A stretch of 64,000 bases of DNA, taken from assembly GCA_026395955.1 (NCBI GenBank), contig JAPLXR010000007.1, positions 65,957 to 129,956 on the forward strand, in the 5' to 3' direction. The number at the start of each line of letters is the position of its first letter. Within the stretch, counting starts at the first letter, position 1. This document shows positions 1 to 9,106 of the stretch, piece after piece. Source of the DNA: Candidatus Nomurabacteria bacterium (GTDB lineage: Bacteria > Patescibacteriota > Minisyncoccia > Phycocordibacterales > UBA9973). The translations under genes were made by a program, and so were the position numbers. The notes beneath the pieces are model-generated. The model did not search any database. It saw only the letters and a program-made list of their open reading frames with translations, and was not told the origin of the DNA.

Positions 1-79
1 TAGATGCAGGAGCAGCAGCTCTAATATTACAAAGATATTTAGATAAAAATAATAAATTATTAGAAAAGAAATAAACAAT

Positions 80-415
80 ATGGAAAAAATTACTTTTGAA
101 GAATTTAAAAAAGTTGATATTGCTGTCGGAAAAATTTTATCAGTAGAAAAAGTTCCTGATACAGACAAGCTTCTAAAGCTAGAAGTCGATATGGGAGAAG
201 AAAAACCAAGACAAATTGTTTCTGGTATTTCTACTTATTTCCCTGAGCATTCTGTTTTGGTCGGGAAGAAGTGTATGTTTGTTGCCAATCTAGAACCTCG
301 TACTATTCGTGGACTTGAGAGTAATGGGATGATATTGGCTGTTTCTACAGAGGATGGAAAATTTTCTCTACTCGAACCAAATGATGAAATACCAGCAGGA
401 ACTCGTGCAAAATAA
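80..415 (+). CDS. tRNA-binding domain protein (CsaA/YgjH-like, EMAP/MetRS C-terminal-like OB fold)
   Basis: 111-aa ORF. The sequence pattern (KLLKLEVDMGEE...RQIVSGI...LEPR.IRG..S.GMIL) is typical of the standalone tRNA-binding OB domain also found at the C-termini of MetRS/PheRS-beta. Confidence 0.6.
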   Translation: MEKITFEEFKKVDIAVGKILSVEKVPDTDKLLKLEVDMGEEKPRQIVSGISTYFPEHSVLVGKKCMFVANLEPRTIRGLESNGMILAVSTEDGKFSLLEPNDEIPAGTRAK

Positions 416-423
416 ATTATAGA

Positions 424-1014
424 ATGCATTTTTTTGACATTATCCCTTTAATAAAAACTTTCGGATTAGCAGGAATATTCCTAGCTGTTTTTGCTGAGTC
501 AGGACTTTTTTTTGGTTTTTTCTTACCAGGAGACTCTTTGCTTTTTACTGCCGGAGTTTTTGCTTCTGCTGGATATTTAAATTTCTCCTTTTTGTTTTTA
601 GGAGCATTTATTTGTGCCTTTCTCGGTGACACTGTAGGGTATTGGACTGGCAAGAAATTTGGTCAAAAAATATTTTCACGACCAGATTCATTTTTCTTTA
701 ATAAAAAGAACTTAGATAAAACTCAAAAATTTTATGATAAATATGGAAAAAAGACTGTAACCATAGCACGTTTCGTACCTATTGTTCGTACTTTTGCTCC
801 TATTATGGCTGGTACAGCACAGATGAAGTATAAAGACTTTTTATCTTTTAATATCCTTGGAGGATTTTTTTGGACTAGTATTATGCTACTAACTGGATAC
901 TTTTTAGGTCATTCTATTAAAAACATCGACACTTACATTTTACCTATAACGGGTTTGATAATCTTCATTTCTATTGTTCCAATAATAGTTGGATTTTTAA
1001 ATTCTAAAAAGTAA
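424..1014 (+). CDS. DedA/SNARE-associated family membrane protein
   Basis: 196 aa, multi-TM. Carries the conserved DedA-like segment (VTIARFVPIVRTFAPIMAGTAQMKYKDF). Confidence 0.6.
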   Translation: MHFFDIIPLIKTFGLAGIFLAVFAESGLFFGFFLPGDSLLFTAGVFASAGYLNFSFLFLGAFICAFLGDTVGYWTGKKFGQKIFSRPDSFFFNKKNLDKTQKFYDKYGKKTVTIARFVPIVRTFAPIMAGTAQMKYKDFLSFNILGGFFWTSIMLLTGYFLGHSIKNIDTYILPITGLIIFISIVPIIVGFLNSKK

Positions 1015-1056
1015 TATTTTTTGTAATAAATTTTACTACAGGGTATAATATAATTA

Positions 1057-2130
1057 ATGTTTAAAGGAGCTTATAATAAATTTTTTCCTATACCTAGATT
1101 CATATCTCAACCTTCTTTTGGTTTAGATATTTCTGATGAATCAATAAAATATATTGAAATATTACAAACACATAATGGTTTGCATATTGGTCATTTTGGA
1201 GAAAAGAAAATACCACCAGGAGTTATTTCTTCAGGGAAAATTACCAACTCAACATTATTAAAAGAAGTTCTTCTGTCTATTAAAAAAGAGGAAGGCATGA
1301 AATCTGTTAGAGTCTCTCTTCCAGAAGAACAGGTATATCTTTTTAAGATAAATGTTCCAAAAGAGAAAAATACAAACATACGTGAAGTTATAGAACTTTC
1401 TTTAGAAGGATATGTTCCTATACCTCCATCTGAAATTATTTTTGACTATGAAATATATAACGAAGATGAAGATATTTTTGAGGTGCAAGTTTCAGCCGTG
1501 CCAAAACAAGTGGTTGAAAGTTACATTTCTGTTTTTAAAGATTGCAATTTAAATGTACCCTCTTTTGAATTAGAAGCACAAGCTGCAGCGAGAGCTTTGA
1601 TTAAAAAAGATGATATGGAAACTTATATGATTGTAGATTTTGGTAATGAACGTACAGGTCTATCTATTATCAGTAAAGGATTAGTTGTTTTTGCTTCAAC
1701 TTTGGACGTGGGTGGTGTAATGCTTACTAAACTTATTGAAAAAGATTTTAAAATAAGCTTCGCTGAAGCAGAACAAGTAAAATTAAAATATGGTTTGACT
1801 CGCAATGTAGATAAAAAAGATGTTTTTTCTGTGCTTTTAAATGGCGTTTCAATTTTACGTGACGAGATAGATAAGAATTTTATATATTGGCATACACATA
1901 AAGATGAAAATGGTAAAGATAGACCTGAAATAAAAAAAATTCTCCTTTGTGGTGGAGATTCAAATTTGATAGGCTTGGTAGAGTATCTATCTATTACAAT
2001 GCATCAAAAGGTCGAAATGGCAGATGTTTGGAGTAATATTGTTTCTCATGAAAAATACATACCAACTATGTCTTTTGAAGAGTCTCTTAGTTATTCTACT
2101 GCAATAGGTTTAGCGTTAGGTGATTTGTAA
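1057..2130 (+). CDS. pilM: type IV pilus assembly protein PilM (actin-like ATPase fold)
   Basis: 357 aa with the N-terminal FGLDISDESIKYIEIL motif. Immediately followed by overlapping PilN/PilO-like membrane proteins. Confidence 0.6.
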   Translation: MFKGAYNKFFPIPRFISQPSFGLDISDESIKYIEILQTHNGLHIGHFGEKKIPPGVISSGKITNSTLLKEVLLSIKKEEGMKSVRVSLPEEQVYLFKINVPKEKNTNIREVIELSLEGYVPIPPSEIIFDYEIYNEDEDIFEVQVSAVPKQVVESYISVFKDCNLNVPSFELEAQAAARALIKKDDMETYMIVDFGNERTGLSIISKGLVVFASTLDVGGVMLTKLIEKDFKISFAEAEQVKLKYGLTRNVDKKDVFSVLLNGVSILRDEIDKNFIYWHTHKDENGKDRPEIKKILLCGGDSNLIGLVEYLSITMHQKVEMADVWSNIVSHEKYIPTMSFEESLSYSTAIGLALGDL

Positions 2131-2680
2131 TATTATTATGATAAATTTACTTCCAACAGAAGAAAAGAAAAGAATATTAAATGAGTATCGTTTTCGTGTT
2201 TTAACTTTTTCCTTTTACATGATTGGAGTTTGTTTTTGTATAGCAGGAATAGCATTACTACCTTCTTATTTCCTTGTTTCTTTAAAAGAGAATATCGCAA
2301 ATCAAAAATTTATATATATTACTAGTTTGCCTGTATCACAGCCAGACAAAGAAACAATGGGTGTTATAAAAGATATAAATACTAAGATTTCTACTATTAA
2401 TGATATAGAAACTAAAAAATTCTTGGTTTTAGAAAATGCTTTTGATCAAGTTATATTACAAAAAATGCCAGATATAAAAATAATAGAACTTGGTTTTAAT
2501 ATTAATAAAGATGGTGCAAAAGAAATAAGTGTTAGAGGTTTTGCGCCAAATCGTGAAAGATTGTTGATCTTTAGACAAGCATTAGAGTCTGATTCTTCGT
2601 TTGTAAAGGTTGATTTGCCAATTTCAAATTTCGTAAAAGAGAAGAATATTAATTTTAATTTAACTCTTATTTCTGCTTAA
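2120..2680 (+). CDS. pilN: PilN-like pilus assembly protein
   Basis: 186 aa with a single N-terminal TM. Start overlaps pilM by 11 nt. Begins INLLP, like PilN. Confidence 0.5.
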   Translation: MICNIIMINLLPTEEKKRILNEYRFRVLTFSFYMIGVCFCIAGIALLPSYFLVSLKENIANQKFIYITSLPVSQPDKETMGVIKDINTKISTINDIETKKFLVLENAFDQVILQKMPDIKIIELGFNINKDGAKEISVRGFAPNRERLLIFRQALESDSSFVKVDLPISNFVKEKNINFNLTLISA

Positions 2681-2683
2681 CAT

Positions 2684-3229
2684 ATGAAAGATAAAAATAA
2701 AATTTTTATAAAGATATTCATGGCACTGATATTCAACGCTGTTTTTGTTGGTAGTTTCTTTTATATATACAATAATATAAATACTAAAAATCAAAATGCC
2801 ACAGATCTGACAGAGCAAGTAAAAACAGAATCAATTCGTCGTGGAAAAATAAGTTCACTTAATTCTGAAATAAAATCTATAACAAGAGAAAGAGAAAAAT
2901 TGCAAAGTCATTTTGCTAAATCTTCAGACATTGTTTCTTTTTTAGACAATTTACAGTCTATGGCTACTTCTGTCGGTGCTACAGCTGAGGTTTCTACTCT
3001 GGGCTTATCAAAAGAAGGTGTTGGTCTAGACGTAGAAATGAAAGCAACAGGATCTTTTATTTCCTTACATAAGCTCTTGGCCTTATTAGAAAATTCACAG
3101 TATCAGCTTAGTTTTTCATCGATAAGATTTGATACAACTGTTTCAAATAACGCGAGTGGTGCTATTGATACTGTCACAGGGAAATGGAGTGCTGTTTTTG
3201 ATTTAACATTGTTATCTTTTGAGAATTAA
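2684..3229 (+). CDS. pilO: PilO-like pilus assembly protein
   Basis: 181 aa with an N-terminal TM then a coiled-coil region. Position is directly after pilN. Confidence 0.4.
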   Translation: MKDKNKIFIKIFMALIFNAVFVGSFFYIYNNINTKNQNATDLTEQVKTESIRRGKISSLNSEIKSITREREKLQSHFAKSSDIVSFLDNLQSMATSVGATAEVSTLGLSKEGVGLDVEMKATGSFISLHKLLALLENSQYQLSFSSIRFDTTVSNNASGAIDTVTGKWSAVFDLTLLSFEN

Positions 3230-3234
3230 AATAT

Positions 3235-3561
3235 ATGGACTTAAAATCTTTAAAATTAAAATTAAAAAGTAAAACAAAATTTAGTAGTAAAAAAGAATTT
3301 ACTCTAAATTCTAGACTTCATTGGGATATAATACTTTATATTTCTGGTTTACTAGTAGTTGCAGCTTTAGTTTTTGGTTTTTATTTCTTTATGCAAGCAA
3401 ACAATGATTTAGACTCTTTGGATTCTGAAACAATTGCTTCAAAAATAGAAACTTTAAATAAAAATAAAATACAAAAAGTATTGGATATGTTCTCTGGAAG
3501 AGAACAGAAATCAATAGAAATATTAAATTCTGCTACTACAACACCAGATCCTTCTATATAG
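3235..3561 (+). CDS. small membrane protein of the pilus operon (hypothetical)
   Basis: 108 aa, Lys-rich N-terminus plus one TM. Tightly packed (5-nt spacer) after the pilO-like gene. Confidence 0.25.
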   Translation: MDLKSLKLKLKSKTKFSSKKEFTLNSRLHWDIILYISGLLVVAALVFGFYFFMQANNDLDSLDSETIASKIETLNKNKIQKVLDMFSGREQKSIEILNSATTTPDPSI

Positions 3562-3594
3562 ATTTATTGAAAATTATAGTCTATAATCATAGGC

Positions 3595-4281
3595 ATGGAG
3601 AATCCACCTAAAAAACAAACTTTCAAGTTAGAAAAAGTTCAAAAAATAGTTGAAAATAAAGCCACAGAAGATTTGTTGGCTTGTCTTGATGTGCTCGAGC
3701 TTCGAGCTGTTTCTATTGGAGAGGGTGGTAATGCTGAAGTTTTAATTGCTGAAGGAACGCCTTTTGAAAAAGTTTGTTTAAAAAGAATAAAAAATAAGCA
3801 ACAAATACTTTGTAATGAAATTGATGAAGAAAATAAATTTCAAATAAAAGCTCAAGAAGCTGGTGTTCGTACACCTTTGCCTTTAATGTCTTTAAAGACA
3901 GATAAAGGAGATTGTTTCCTTATGGAAAGAATTGAGGGTTATTCAATGAAAGATATAATTGAAAAACCAGAACGTTTACCGAAGAAATTTAAATATAATG
4001 TTTTTTTTAATTCTTTAAAAGAACAAATCGATTTGATGCATAAAACTGGAATCTATCACAGAGATCTGCATTGGGGTAATGTTATGGTAGATAAAAAGGG
4101 TTTGCCTGTAATTATTGATTTTGGAACTGCTATTTATGGTACAGGTAGTGATTCTACTTACGAGGAAAGTGCTACTGTCTACAATGAAAACCTAAAACGT
4201 TACGAGTTAAGATCTGGTATATTTATTGATGATTTAGTTAGTTTTAAAAATCTTAGTGAACAATTTAAAAGTTTTATGTAA
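3595..4281 (+). CDS. minimal eukaryotic-like (Hanks-type) protein kinase domain protein
   Basis: 228 aa. Gly-rich loop IGEGGNAEV, VCLKRIK lysine, catalytic loop HRDLHWGN and the DFG motif (IIDFGTA). Confidence 0.45.
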   Translation: MENPPKKQTFKLEKVQKIVENKATEDLLACLDVLELRAVSIGEGGNAEVLIAEGTPFEKVCLKRIKNKQQILCNEIDEENKFQIKAQEAGVRTPLPLMSLKTDKGDCFLMERIEGYSMKDIIEKPERLPKKFKYNVFFNSLKEQIDLMHKTGIYHRDLHWGNVMVDKKGLPVIIDFGTAIYGTGSDSTYEESATVYNENLKRYELRSGIFIDDLVSFKNLSEQFKSFM

Positions 4282-4502
4282 ATTTATGTTAATAAATCCA
4301 AAAATAAAAGAAATAGTTTTTGATAGATATCAGGAACTTAAAAAAGAAAATAAGATGGAAGACATTTTTAACGAAGAATCTTTTGGGGGTTTAAGAATTT
4401 TTATTAATAAAAAACCAAAATATTCATTAGCTTCTTTTGAAATAGAAGATAACGATGAAAAGGTAGAAGTTTTTCTCGGTTCAGACACAATATAACTTAA
4501 TG

Positions 4503-4574
4503 TGCCTTCGGTAGGAATCGAACCTACATCAAAGCCTTAGAAGAGCTCTGTTCTATCCATTGAACTACGAAGGC
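4503..4574 (-). tRNA. tRNA-Arg (anticodon TCT)
   Basis: The reverse complement folds as a cloverleaf: acceptor GCCTTCG/CGAAGGC, anticodon loop CTTCTAA, T-loop TTCGATT. Confidence 0.8.
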
Positions 4575-4589
4575 ATATGGACTTTCTAG

Positions 4590-4662
4590 TGCGCGATACA
4601 GGACTCGAACCTATGACCTTCCCGGTGTAAACGGGTTGCTCTACCAACTGAGCTAATCGCGC
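4590..4662 (-). tRNA. tRNA-Val (anticodon TAC)
   Basis: Reverse complement GCGCGATTAGCTCAGTTGGTAGAGC...TTTACAC...TTCGAGT...ATCGCGCA gives a canonical cloverleaf. Confidence 0.8.
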
Positions 4663-4757
4663 ATATGTATTAAATTTTTGATATTTACCAAAACAGCTAA
4701 TCACGCATATAAATACCTATGCTTGTCATTCTATAACATTTCTAATAAGATTTCAAT

Positions 4758-5570
4758 ATGCTTACAATTTTACACAAAGATAAAGACATTTTAGTCATAA
4801 ATAAACCAGCGGGTATTTCTGTGCATGGTGATGGTAGGAGCGATGTGGAAACTTTGGCAGATTTGATATTGGCGGAATATCCAGAAATGAAAGACGTCGG
4901 TGAACCGATGGAAATAGATATCGGTGGTGGTGAGAAAAAAATAATATATCGTCCTGGAATAGTACATAGACTAGATAAAGACACGAGTGGAGTTTTAATC
5001 TTGGCTCGCAATCAAAAAGCTTATGAATATTTAAAAGAGCAATTTCAAAATAGGGAAGTGAAGAAGACTTATAATACTCTCGTTTATGGAAATATGAAAA
5101 ATGATTTTGGAATTATCGATGCCGGTATCGGACGTAGTCCTAGTGACCCTAGAAAAAAAATTGCTTCACGAGGCAAGACTGGCAAGATTCGTGATGCAGT
5201 AACTGAATATAAAGTTTTGAAAAGAATAGAAGTTCCGTTGTCTCAAAATTTTTCCTCCTGCGCCCTTCCCGCAAAATCCGCGGGTGGGACCCTCGGAGAT
5301 AAAAATTTTGCGACAACTCCACAACAATACACTTGGCTCGAAGTTCATCCTAAAACAGGACGCACACACCAGATCCGTGTACATATGAAATTCTTGAATC
5401 ATCCTGTTGTAGTGGACCAATTATATGCCCCAAAAGACGCTACAGCACCTTTCGGTATTTCCCGCCTTGCACTCCACGCTTCGTCAGTAGAATTTAAAAA
5501 TCTCGCAGGGGAGAGTATCACCGTTTCTGCTCCATTACCTCCAGATTTGGCTAAAATACTAGAAAAATAA
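4758..5570 (+). CDS. RluA-family 23S rRNA pseudouridine synthase (RluC/RluD-like)
   Basis: Catalytic HRLDKDTSGVLILAR motif and C-terminal GRTHQIRVHM. A roughly 25-aa GC-rich segment (about 5238-5300) is inserted relative to canonical RluA proteins. Confidence 0.75.
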   Translation: MLTILHKDKDILVINKPAGISVHGDGRSDVETLADLILAEYPEMKDVGEPMEIDIGGGEKKIIYRPGIVHRLDKDTSGVLILARNQKAYEYLKEQFQNREVKKTYNTLVYGNMKNDFGIIDAGIGRSPSDPRKKIASRGKTGKIRDAVTEYKVLKRIEVPLSQNFSSCALPAKSAGGTLGDKNFATTPQQYTWLEVHPKTGRTHQIRVHMKFLNHPVVVDQLYAPKDATAPFGISRLALHASSVEFKNLAGESITVSAPLPPDLAKILEK

Positions 5571-5594
5571 GACCTGTTTTAGGTCTTATTTTTC
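5569..5594 (+). terminator. rho-independent terminator after rluA-family gene
   Basis: Hairpin aagacctgttttaggtctt followed by a T-run. Confidence 0.7.
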
Positions 5595-5777
5595 TAGTAA
5601 CATAGACTTGACTTTTATAGCAAGTGTGTGCTATACTTGTATTTGTATAAGGTTCATTGAAAATAGTTTTTAAAACTTATTTTAACTACGAGTTCGGCAT
5701 TTTGGACGGTATATTTTAGTTTCCAAAATACCGACCTCGTATAAAAACGTTGAAATTCGGTATAAAAACAAAATAAA

Positions 5778-6716
5778 ATGAAAAAAACAATTTTCTTAGC
5801 AATCGGCATTTTAATGCTGACAATGAATTCTTGTATGGGTCCGTACAAACAACAAAAATGGGTAAATGTAGGTACAAATGAAACAGCTTTTATGATTCCG
5901 CTTGAGCAGGGTACAAAAGATGGGCAGAAGATGCTTAAATCAGTTGATTACCTGGAACAAAAAAAAGTGGCAACGAAAAGAGTGTACATTGACCAGATAC
6001 AAATCAGTACTGGTCGTATGTGGGATGATTACAAATATATCCCTACTGACACTGTGGTTATTGTTCATCGTTCTCCGGTTACCAGAGAGTGGACAAAAGA
6101 AGCTGGAACTGGAACAACTCACGAAAATCAGGTTTTAAATGTTGAGTCAAAAGAATCAATTGGATTTGATGTTCCGGTTAACTGTACAGGATCTGTTTTA
6201 GAAGAAGATGCATCAACATTTTTATACCATTTTGGTGGTCAAACTATTGAATATGTTATGGATCACAATGTGAGACCATATATACTCGATGTTTTAACAA
6301 CTGAATTTGGTTCACGTAACCTGGATAAATGCCAATCTGACAGAAAAGCAGTGTATGATGCAATGAAAGAAAGAACTGTTAAGTTCTTTAAAGATTTTGG
6401 TCTTACAATTATTAATCTTGGTGCTGCTGGTCAATTTGTTTATACAGATCAGACAATCCAAACTTCAATTAATGGTAAGTTCATATCAGAAATGAAGATT
6501 GCTACTGCTGAAAATGAAGTTGAGTCGGCTCGTAAATTTGCTGCTGCAGCAGATGTTATTAAGAAACAAAAAGATCTTGATGCTGATATAGCAATTAAAC
6601 ACGCTTTGGCTAGTGCTTTGGAAAATGGCAAGCTTACATGGCCTAATACACTTGTTATGGGGAAAGAAGGTACTATTATGGATATATGGGCTGCTAAGAA
6701 CTTAAATACAAAATAA
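5778..6716 (+). CDS. lipoprotein (hypothetical; C-terminal half possibly SPFH/band-7-like)
   Basis: Signal peptide with lipobox (LTMNSC). 312 aa. Codon usage is slightly GC-richer than the neighbouring genes. Confidence 0.4.
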   Translation: MKKTIFLAIGILMLTMNSCMGPYKQQKWVNVGTNETAFMIPLEQGTKDGQKMLKSVDYLEQKKVATKRVYIDQIQISTGRMWDDYKYIPTDTVVIVHRSPVTREWTKEAGTGTTHENQVLNVESKESIGFDVPVNCTGSVLEEDASTFLYHFGGQTIEYVMDHNVRPYILDVLTTEFGSRNLDKCQSDRKAVYDAMKERTVKFFKDFGLTIINLGAAGQFVYTDQTIQTSINGKFISEMKIATAENEVESARKFAAAADVIKKQKDLDADIAIKHALASALENGKLTWPNTLVMGKEGTIMDIWAAKNLNTK

Positions 6717-6718
6717 CA

Positions 6719-7012
6719 ATGGAAGAAAAAAAAATTGTTAAAAGGCCCGGATTGAAAACGTTTTTTTATATCCTTTCTATGATTGTATGGACAGGATTGT
6801 ATGAATTAGCGCAGTACCTAATTGGTATGTACTATTCGGTACAAATTGCTCCAGAGCAATTTAGTGAAGATGGTTCATATCAGTGGTTGAAGGTTCGATC
6901 ACAGATTGATTCAGCTGTATGGTGGATTTACATTTTTGTTTTAATTTTTCTTATATTTCTTTTGCTAAGAATGTGGGTAAAAGTTGGAAAACAGAAAATG
7001 GACGAAGAATAA
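6719..7012 (+). CDS. small membrane protein (hypothetical)
   Basis: 97 aa, two TM segments, 2 nt after the lipoprotein gene. Confidence 0.3.
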   Translation: MEEKKIVKRPGLKTFFYILSMIVWTGLYELAQYLIGMYYSVQIAPEQFSEDGSYQWLKVRSQIDSAVWWIYIFVLIFLIFLLLRMWVKVGKQKMDEE

Positions 7013-7036
7013 AATTTGTAGGTTTTAAAAACCTTC

Positions 7037-7066
7037 AGACCTCTACTAGGTAGAGGTCTTTTTTAT
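7037..7066 (+). terminator. rho-independent terminator
   Basis: Hairpin agacctctactaggtagaggtct followed by TTTTTT. Confidence 0.75.
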
Positions 7067-7086
7067 TTTAAATTTTAAGTAAAATA

Positions 7087-7125
7087 AAATCCCCTTTCAT
7101 TTTTTTGAAAGGGGATTTTTGATTT
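7087..7125. terminator. bidirectional terminator hairpin between convergent genes
   Basis: Hairpin aaatcccctttc atttttt tgaaaggggattt, flanked by A/T runs on both sides. Confidence 0.65.
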
Positions 7126-7128
7126 TAA

Positions 7129-7584
7129 TTATCGTTTCCTGACAGGGGTTCCAACAAAGAATAGATTTGCAGCATTTCGCCGACCATCATCTGCGGATCC
7201 TTTGTCTTGAACCAAATTAATATAATGCCCTACAACTGCAACAATTTTTTGATTGTATAGTGATGTTTTTACTGTGTCTGATTCATATATACTCCATGAA
7301 CCAAAATTAGCAGCATCACCAGAAAGATATTCTACTAAGAATTTTGTTTGAGTATCTTTTTCAGGCAATGCGATAGGAGTAAGTCTTTGACCAAGCTGAT
7401 CTTCTAATTTTTCTAAGGAAAGATTCCAAAGAATAACTTCCGTGTTTAAGTACACATCTCGTGTACTGTCTTGAGCTGTTGGTTGTTTTACTGGAGCAGA
7501 TTCTTGTTTTTTTACTTCATCACAACTTGAAATTAAAATTAATGCTATTGCAGCGATAAGGAATTTATATGCTAGTTTTTTCAT
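7129..7584 (-). CDS. lipoprotein (hypothetical)
   Basis: 151 aa with signal peptide and lipobox (LISSC). Confidence 0.4.
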   Translation of the reverse strand: MKKLAYKFLIAAIALILISSCDEVKKQESAPVKQPTAQDSTRDVYLNTEVILWNLSLEKLEDQLGQRLTPIALPEKDTQTKFLVEYLSGDAANFGSWSIYESDTVKTSLYNQKIVAVVGHYINLVQDKGSADDGRRNAANLFFVGTPVRKR

Positions 7585-7721
7585 TTTTCTTACGATTTTT
7601 GTTTATGTTCAATTTATATTTCTGTTCATATATTATCATATTAAAAACTTTATGTCAAACAATCTAACTAATTTTATATTTAATTGCAAAATCTAATGCT
7701 TTGTGTTAGATTATATGAACT

Positions 7722-8147
7722 ATGACAGTAACAAATATAAAACTTAGTCCAGTAGATATGGATGCCCGAAAAAAGCTTGATTTTAAGGCTGGAGACACAG
7801 TTCGTGTGTGGTCAAAGATTCCAGACGAAAAAGCTACAAAAAAGGGTGAAGCTTTAAAATACCGTTCTCAGGCTTTCGAAGGAATCGTTCTTGCTCGTAA
7901 ACACGGCACAGAAATAGGGGGTACTTTTACAGTTCGTAAAGTAGCTAGTAGTGTCGGAGTAGAAAGAATCTTTCCAATCTTTTCTCCAATGATCGACAAA
8001 ATCGAAGTTGTGAAAAAAGCTCGTGCAGGACGCAGTAAACTTTACTACGTACGTACAAAAGCTGTAAAAGATGTTCGCCGTAAACTTCGTTCAGTAGCAA
8101 TGTCTGCAGAACACGAAATGGAACCAGAAGTTACAGAAGAAAAATAA
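7722..8147 (+). CDS. rplS: 50S ribosomal protein L19
   Basis: Conserved FKAGDTVRV...QAFEGIV...TFTVRK...GVERIFP...SP.I..IEV...RSKLYYVR pattern, characteristic of L19. Confidence 0.85.
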   Translation: MTVTNIKLSPVDMDARKKLDFKAGDTVRVWSKIPDEKATKKGEALKYRSQAFEGIVLARKHGTEIGGTFTVRKVASSVGVERIFPIFSPMIDKIEVVKKARAGRSKLYYVRTKAVKDVRRKLRSVAMSAEHEMEPEVTEEK

Positions 8148-8165
8148 TTTAAATATATAACAAAG

Positions 8166-8190
8166 AAGCCCCGAAAGGGGTTTTCTTTTT
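8166..8190 (+). terminator. rho-independent terminator after rplS
   Basis: Hairpin aagccccgaaaggggtt followed by a T-run. Confidence 0.7.
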
Positions 8191-8307
8191 ATCGAAATAT
8201 GATAGTATCAATCCATACCTCTCTGTCGATTTAAAAATCGACATCTCCCCTAAATTAGGGGAGAATTGATAGATAATTAAAATAATAATTTTAATTAAAC
8301 GGTATTT

Positions 8308-8391
8308 GCACGGGTGGCGAAATTGGTAGACGCACTACCTTGAGGTGGTAGCGCCCGCAAGGGCATGGAAGTTCAAATCTTCTCTCGTGCA
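8308..8391 (+). tRNA. tRNA-Leu (anticodon GAG), type II with long variable arm
   Basis: Acceptor GCACGGG/CTCGTGC, anticodon stem-loop CTACC-TTGAGGT-GGTAG, variable arm CGCCCGCAAGGGCAT, T-arm GGAAG-TTCAAAT-CTTCT. Confidence 0.8.
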
Positions 8392-8402
8392 CAAATTAAA
8401 AA

Positions 8403-8425
8403 AGACCCCGACGGGGTCTTTTTTG
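8403..8425 (+). terminator. rho-independent terminator after tRNA-Leu
   Basis: Hairpin agaccccgacggggtct followed by TTTTTT. Confidence 0.75.
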
Positions 8426-8438
8426 TGTCCTTTATAAT

Positions 8439-8915
8439 TTATTGATGCAATTTACTCAAGGACCAGAAAACTATTCCAGTCATTATAGAAACTAAACCGA
8501 AAAGGATTATAAGTCCTGAAAATGCATAAGTAATAATACCTAGATTTAATGCTGTAGTTAGGGAAGTAGCTGTAACCCAAATATCACGAGCAGTATTTGC
8601 TGTCATTATTGGTTGTCCTTTAGAATCAAACAAAGAGACACCGTTCTCATCTACCTTTTGAACTTCTCTAGGCATTTCGGCATATGTTTTTCCTCCTGTC
8701 ATTCCTAGAACATGGTGACGAATGATGTCGGCTTGAGCTTTTAGTGTCATCGGACCATCAACTAATTGATTTGGAAGTGCAGAATCAGGCGAAGTCATGA
8801 TCTTTTCTTGTGTTACATTCTTGTGAGTAAACGTTACACCCCAAACTCCACCGACTATCAAGACCATACCTGCAAACATTGCTAAAACAGAAGCTATTTT
8901 TAGAATTTTTTTCAT
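8439..8915 (-). CDS. membrane protein with N- and C-terminal TM anchors (hypothetical)
   Basis: 158 aa. Hydrophobic N-terminus (ASVLAMFAGMVLIVGGVWG) and C-terminus (IITYAFSGLIILFGLVSIM). Confidence 0.35.
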   Translation of the reverse strand: MKKILKIASVLAMFAGMVLIVGGVWGVTFTHKNVTQEKIMTSPDSALPNQLVDGPMTLKAQADIIRHHVLGMTGGKTYAEMPREVQKVDENGVSLFDSKGQPIMTANTARDIWVTATSLTTALNLGIITYAFSGLIILFGLVSIMTGIVFWSLSKLHQ

Positions 8916-9106
8916 AAAATTTTTTGTTAATTAATAATCTTTTTTTAAAATATAAATTTTTCTAAAAAACCTATATTTTTCGTCAGTTATACACATTGCT
9001 AGAGGTCAGTAATACGCGGTATACTGTCCTCATAGTTGCGAAATTTTGTGACTAATATTATTATATACCTCCATACAAAAATTAGAAAATAAAAAACAAA
9101 AAATAA

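Noticed and set aside
235-653. Minus-strand ORFs 235..429 and 417..653 overlapping the tRNA-binding protein and DedA genes
   Set aside because: They lie antisense to well-supported plus-strand genes and their translations are low-complexity. The many short antisense ORFs in the track (e.g. 1191..1379, 16532..16840, 17252..17905, 26469..27224, 30311..30730, 37245..37647, 55568..56209) look the same and were judged spurious.
8439-8915. Minus-strand membrane protein as a type IV pilin given nearby pil genes
   Set aside because: The N-terminus lacks a prepilin leader/cleavage motif (G/FTLIE) and the protein has a second C-terminal TM. Left as a hypothetical membrane protein.
8920-9106. Possible second cobalamin riboswitch upstream of the membrane-protein/nrdJ/pduO operon
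   Set aside because: No GGTG..AATCC..GCC.C core or B12-box-like sequence could be found by eye. The region looks like an ordinary AT-rich promoter.
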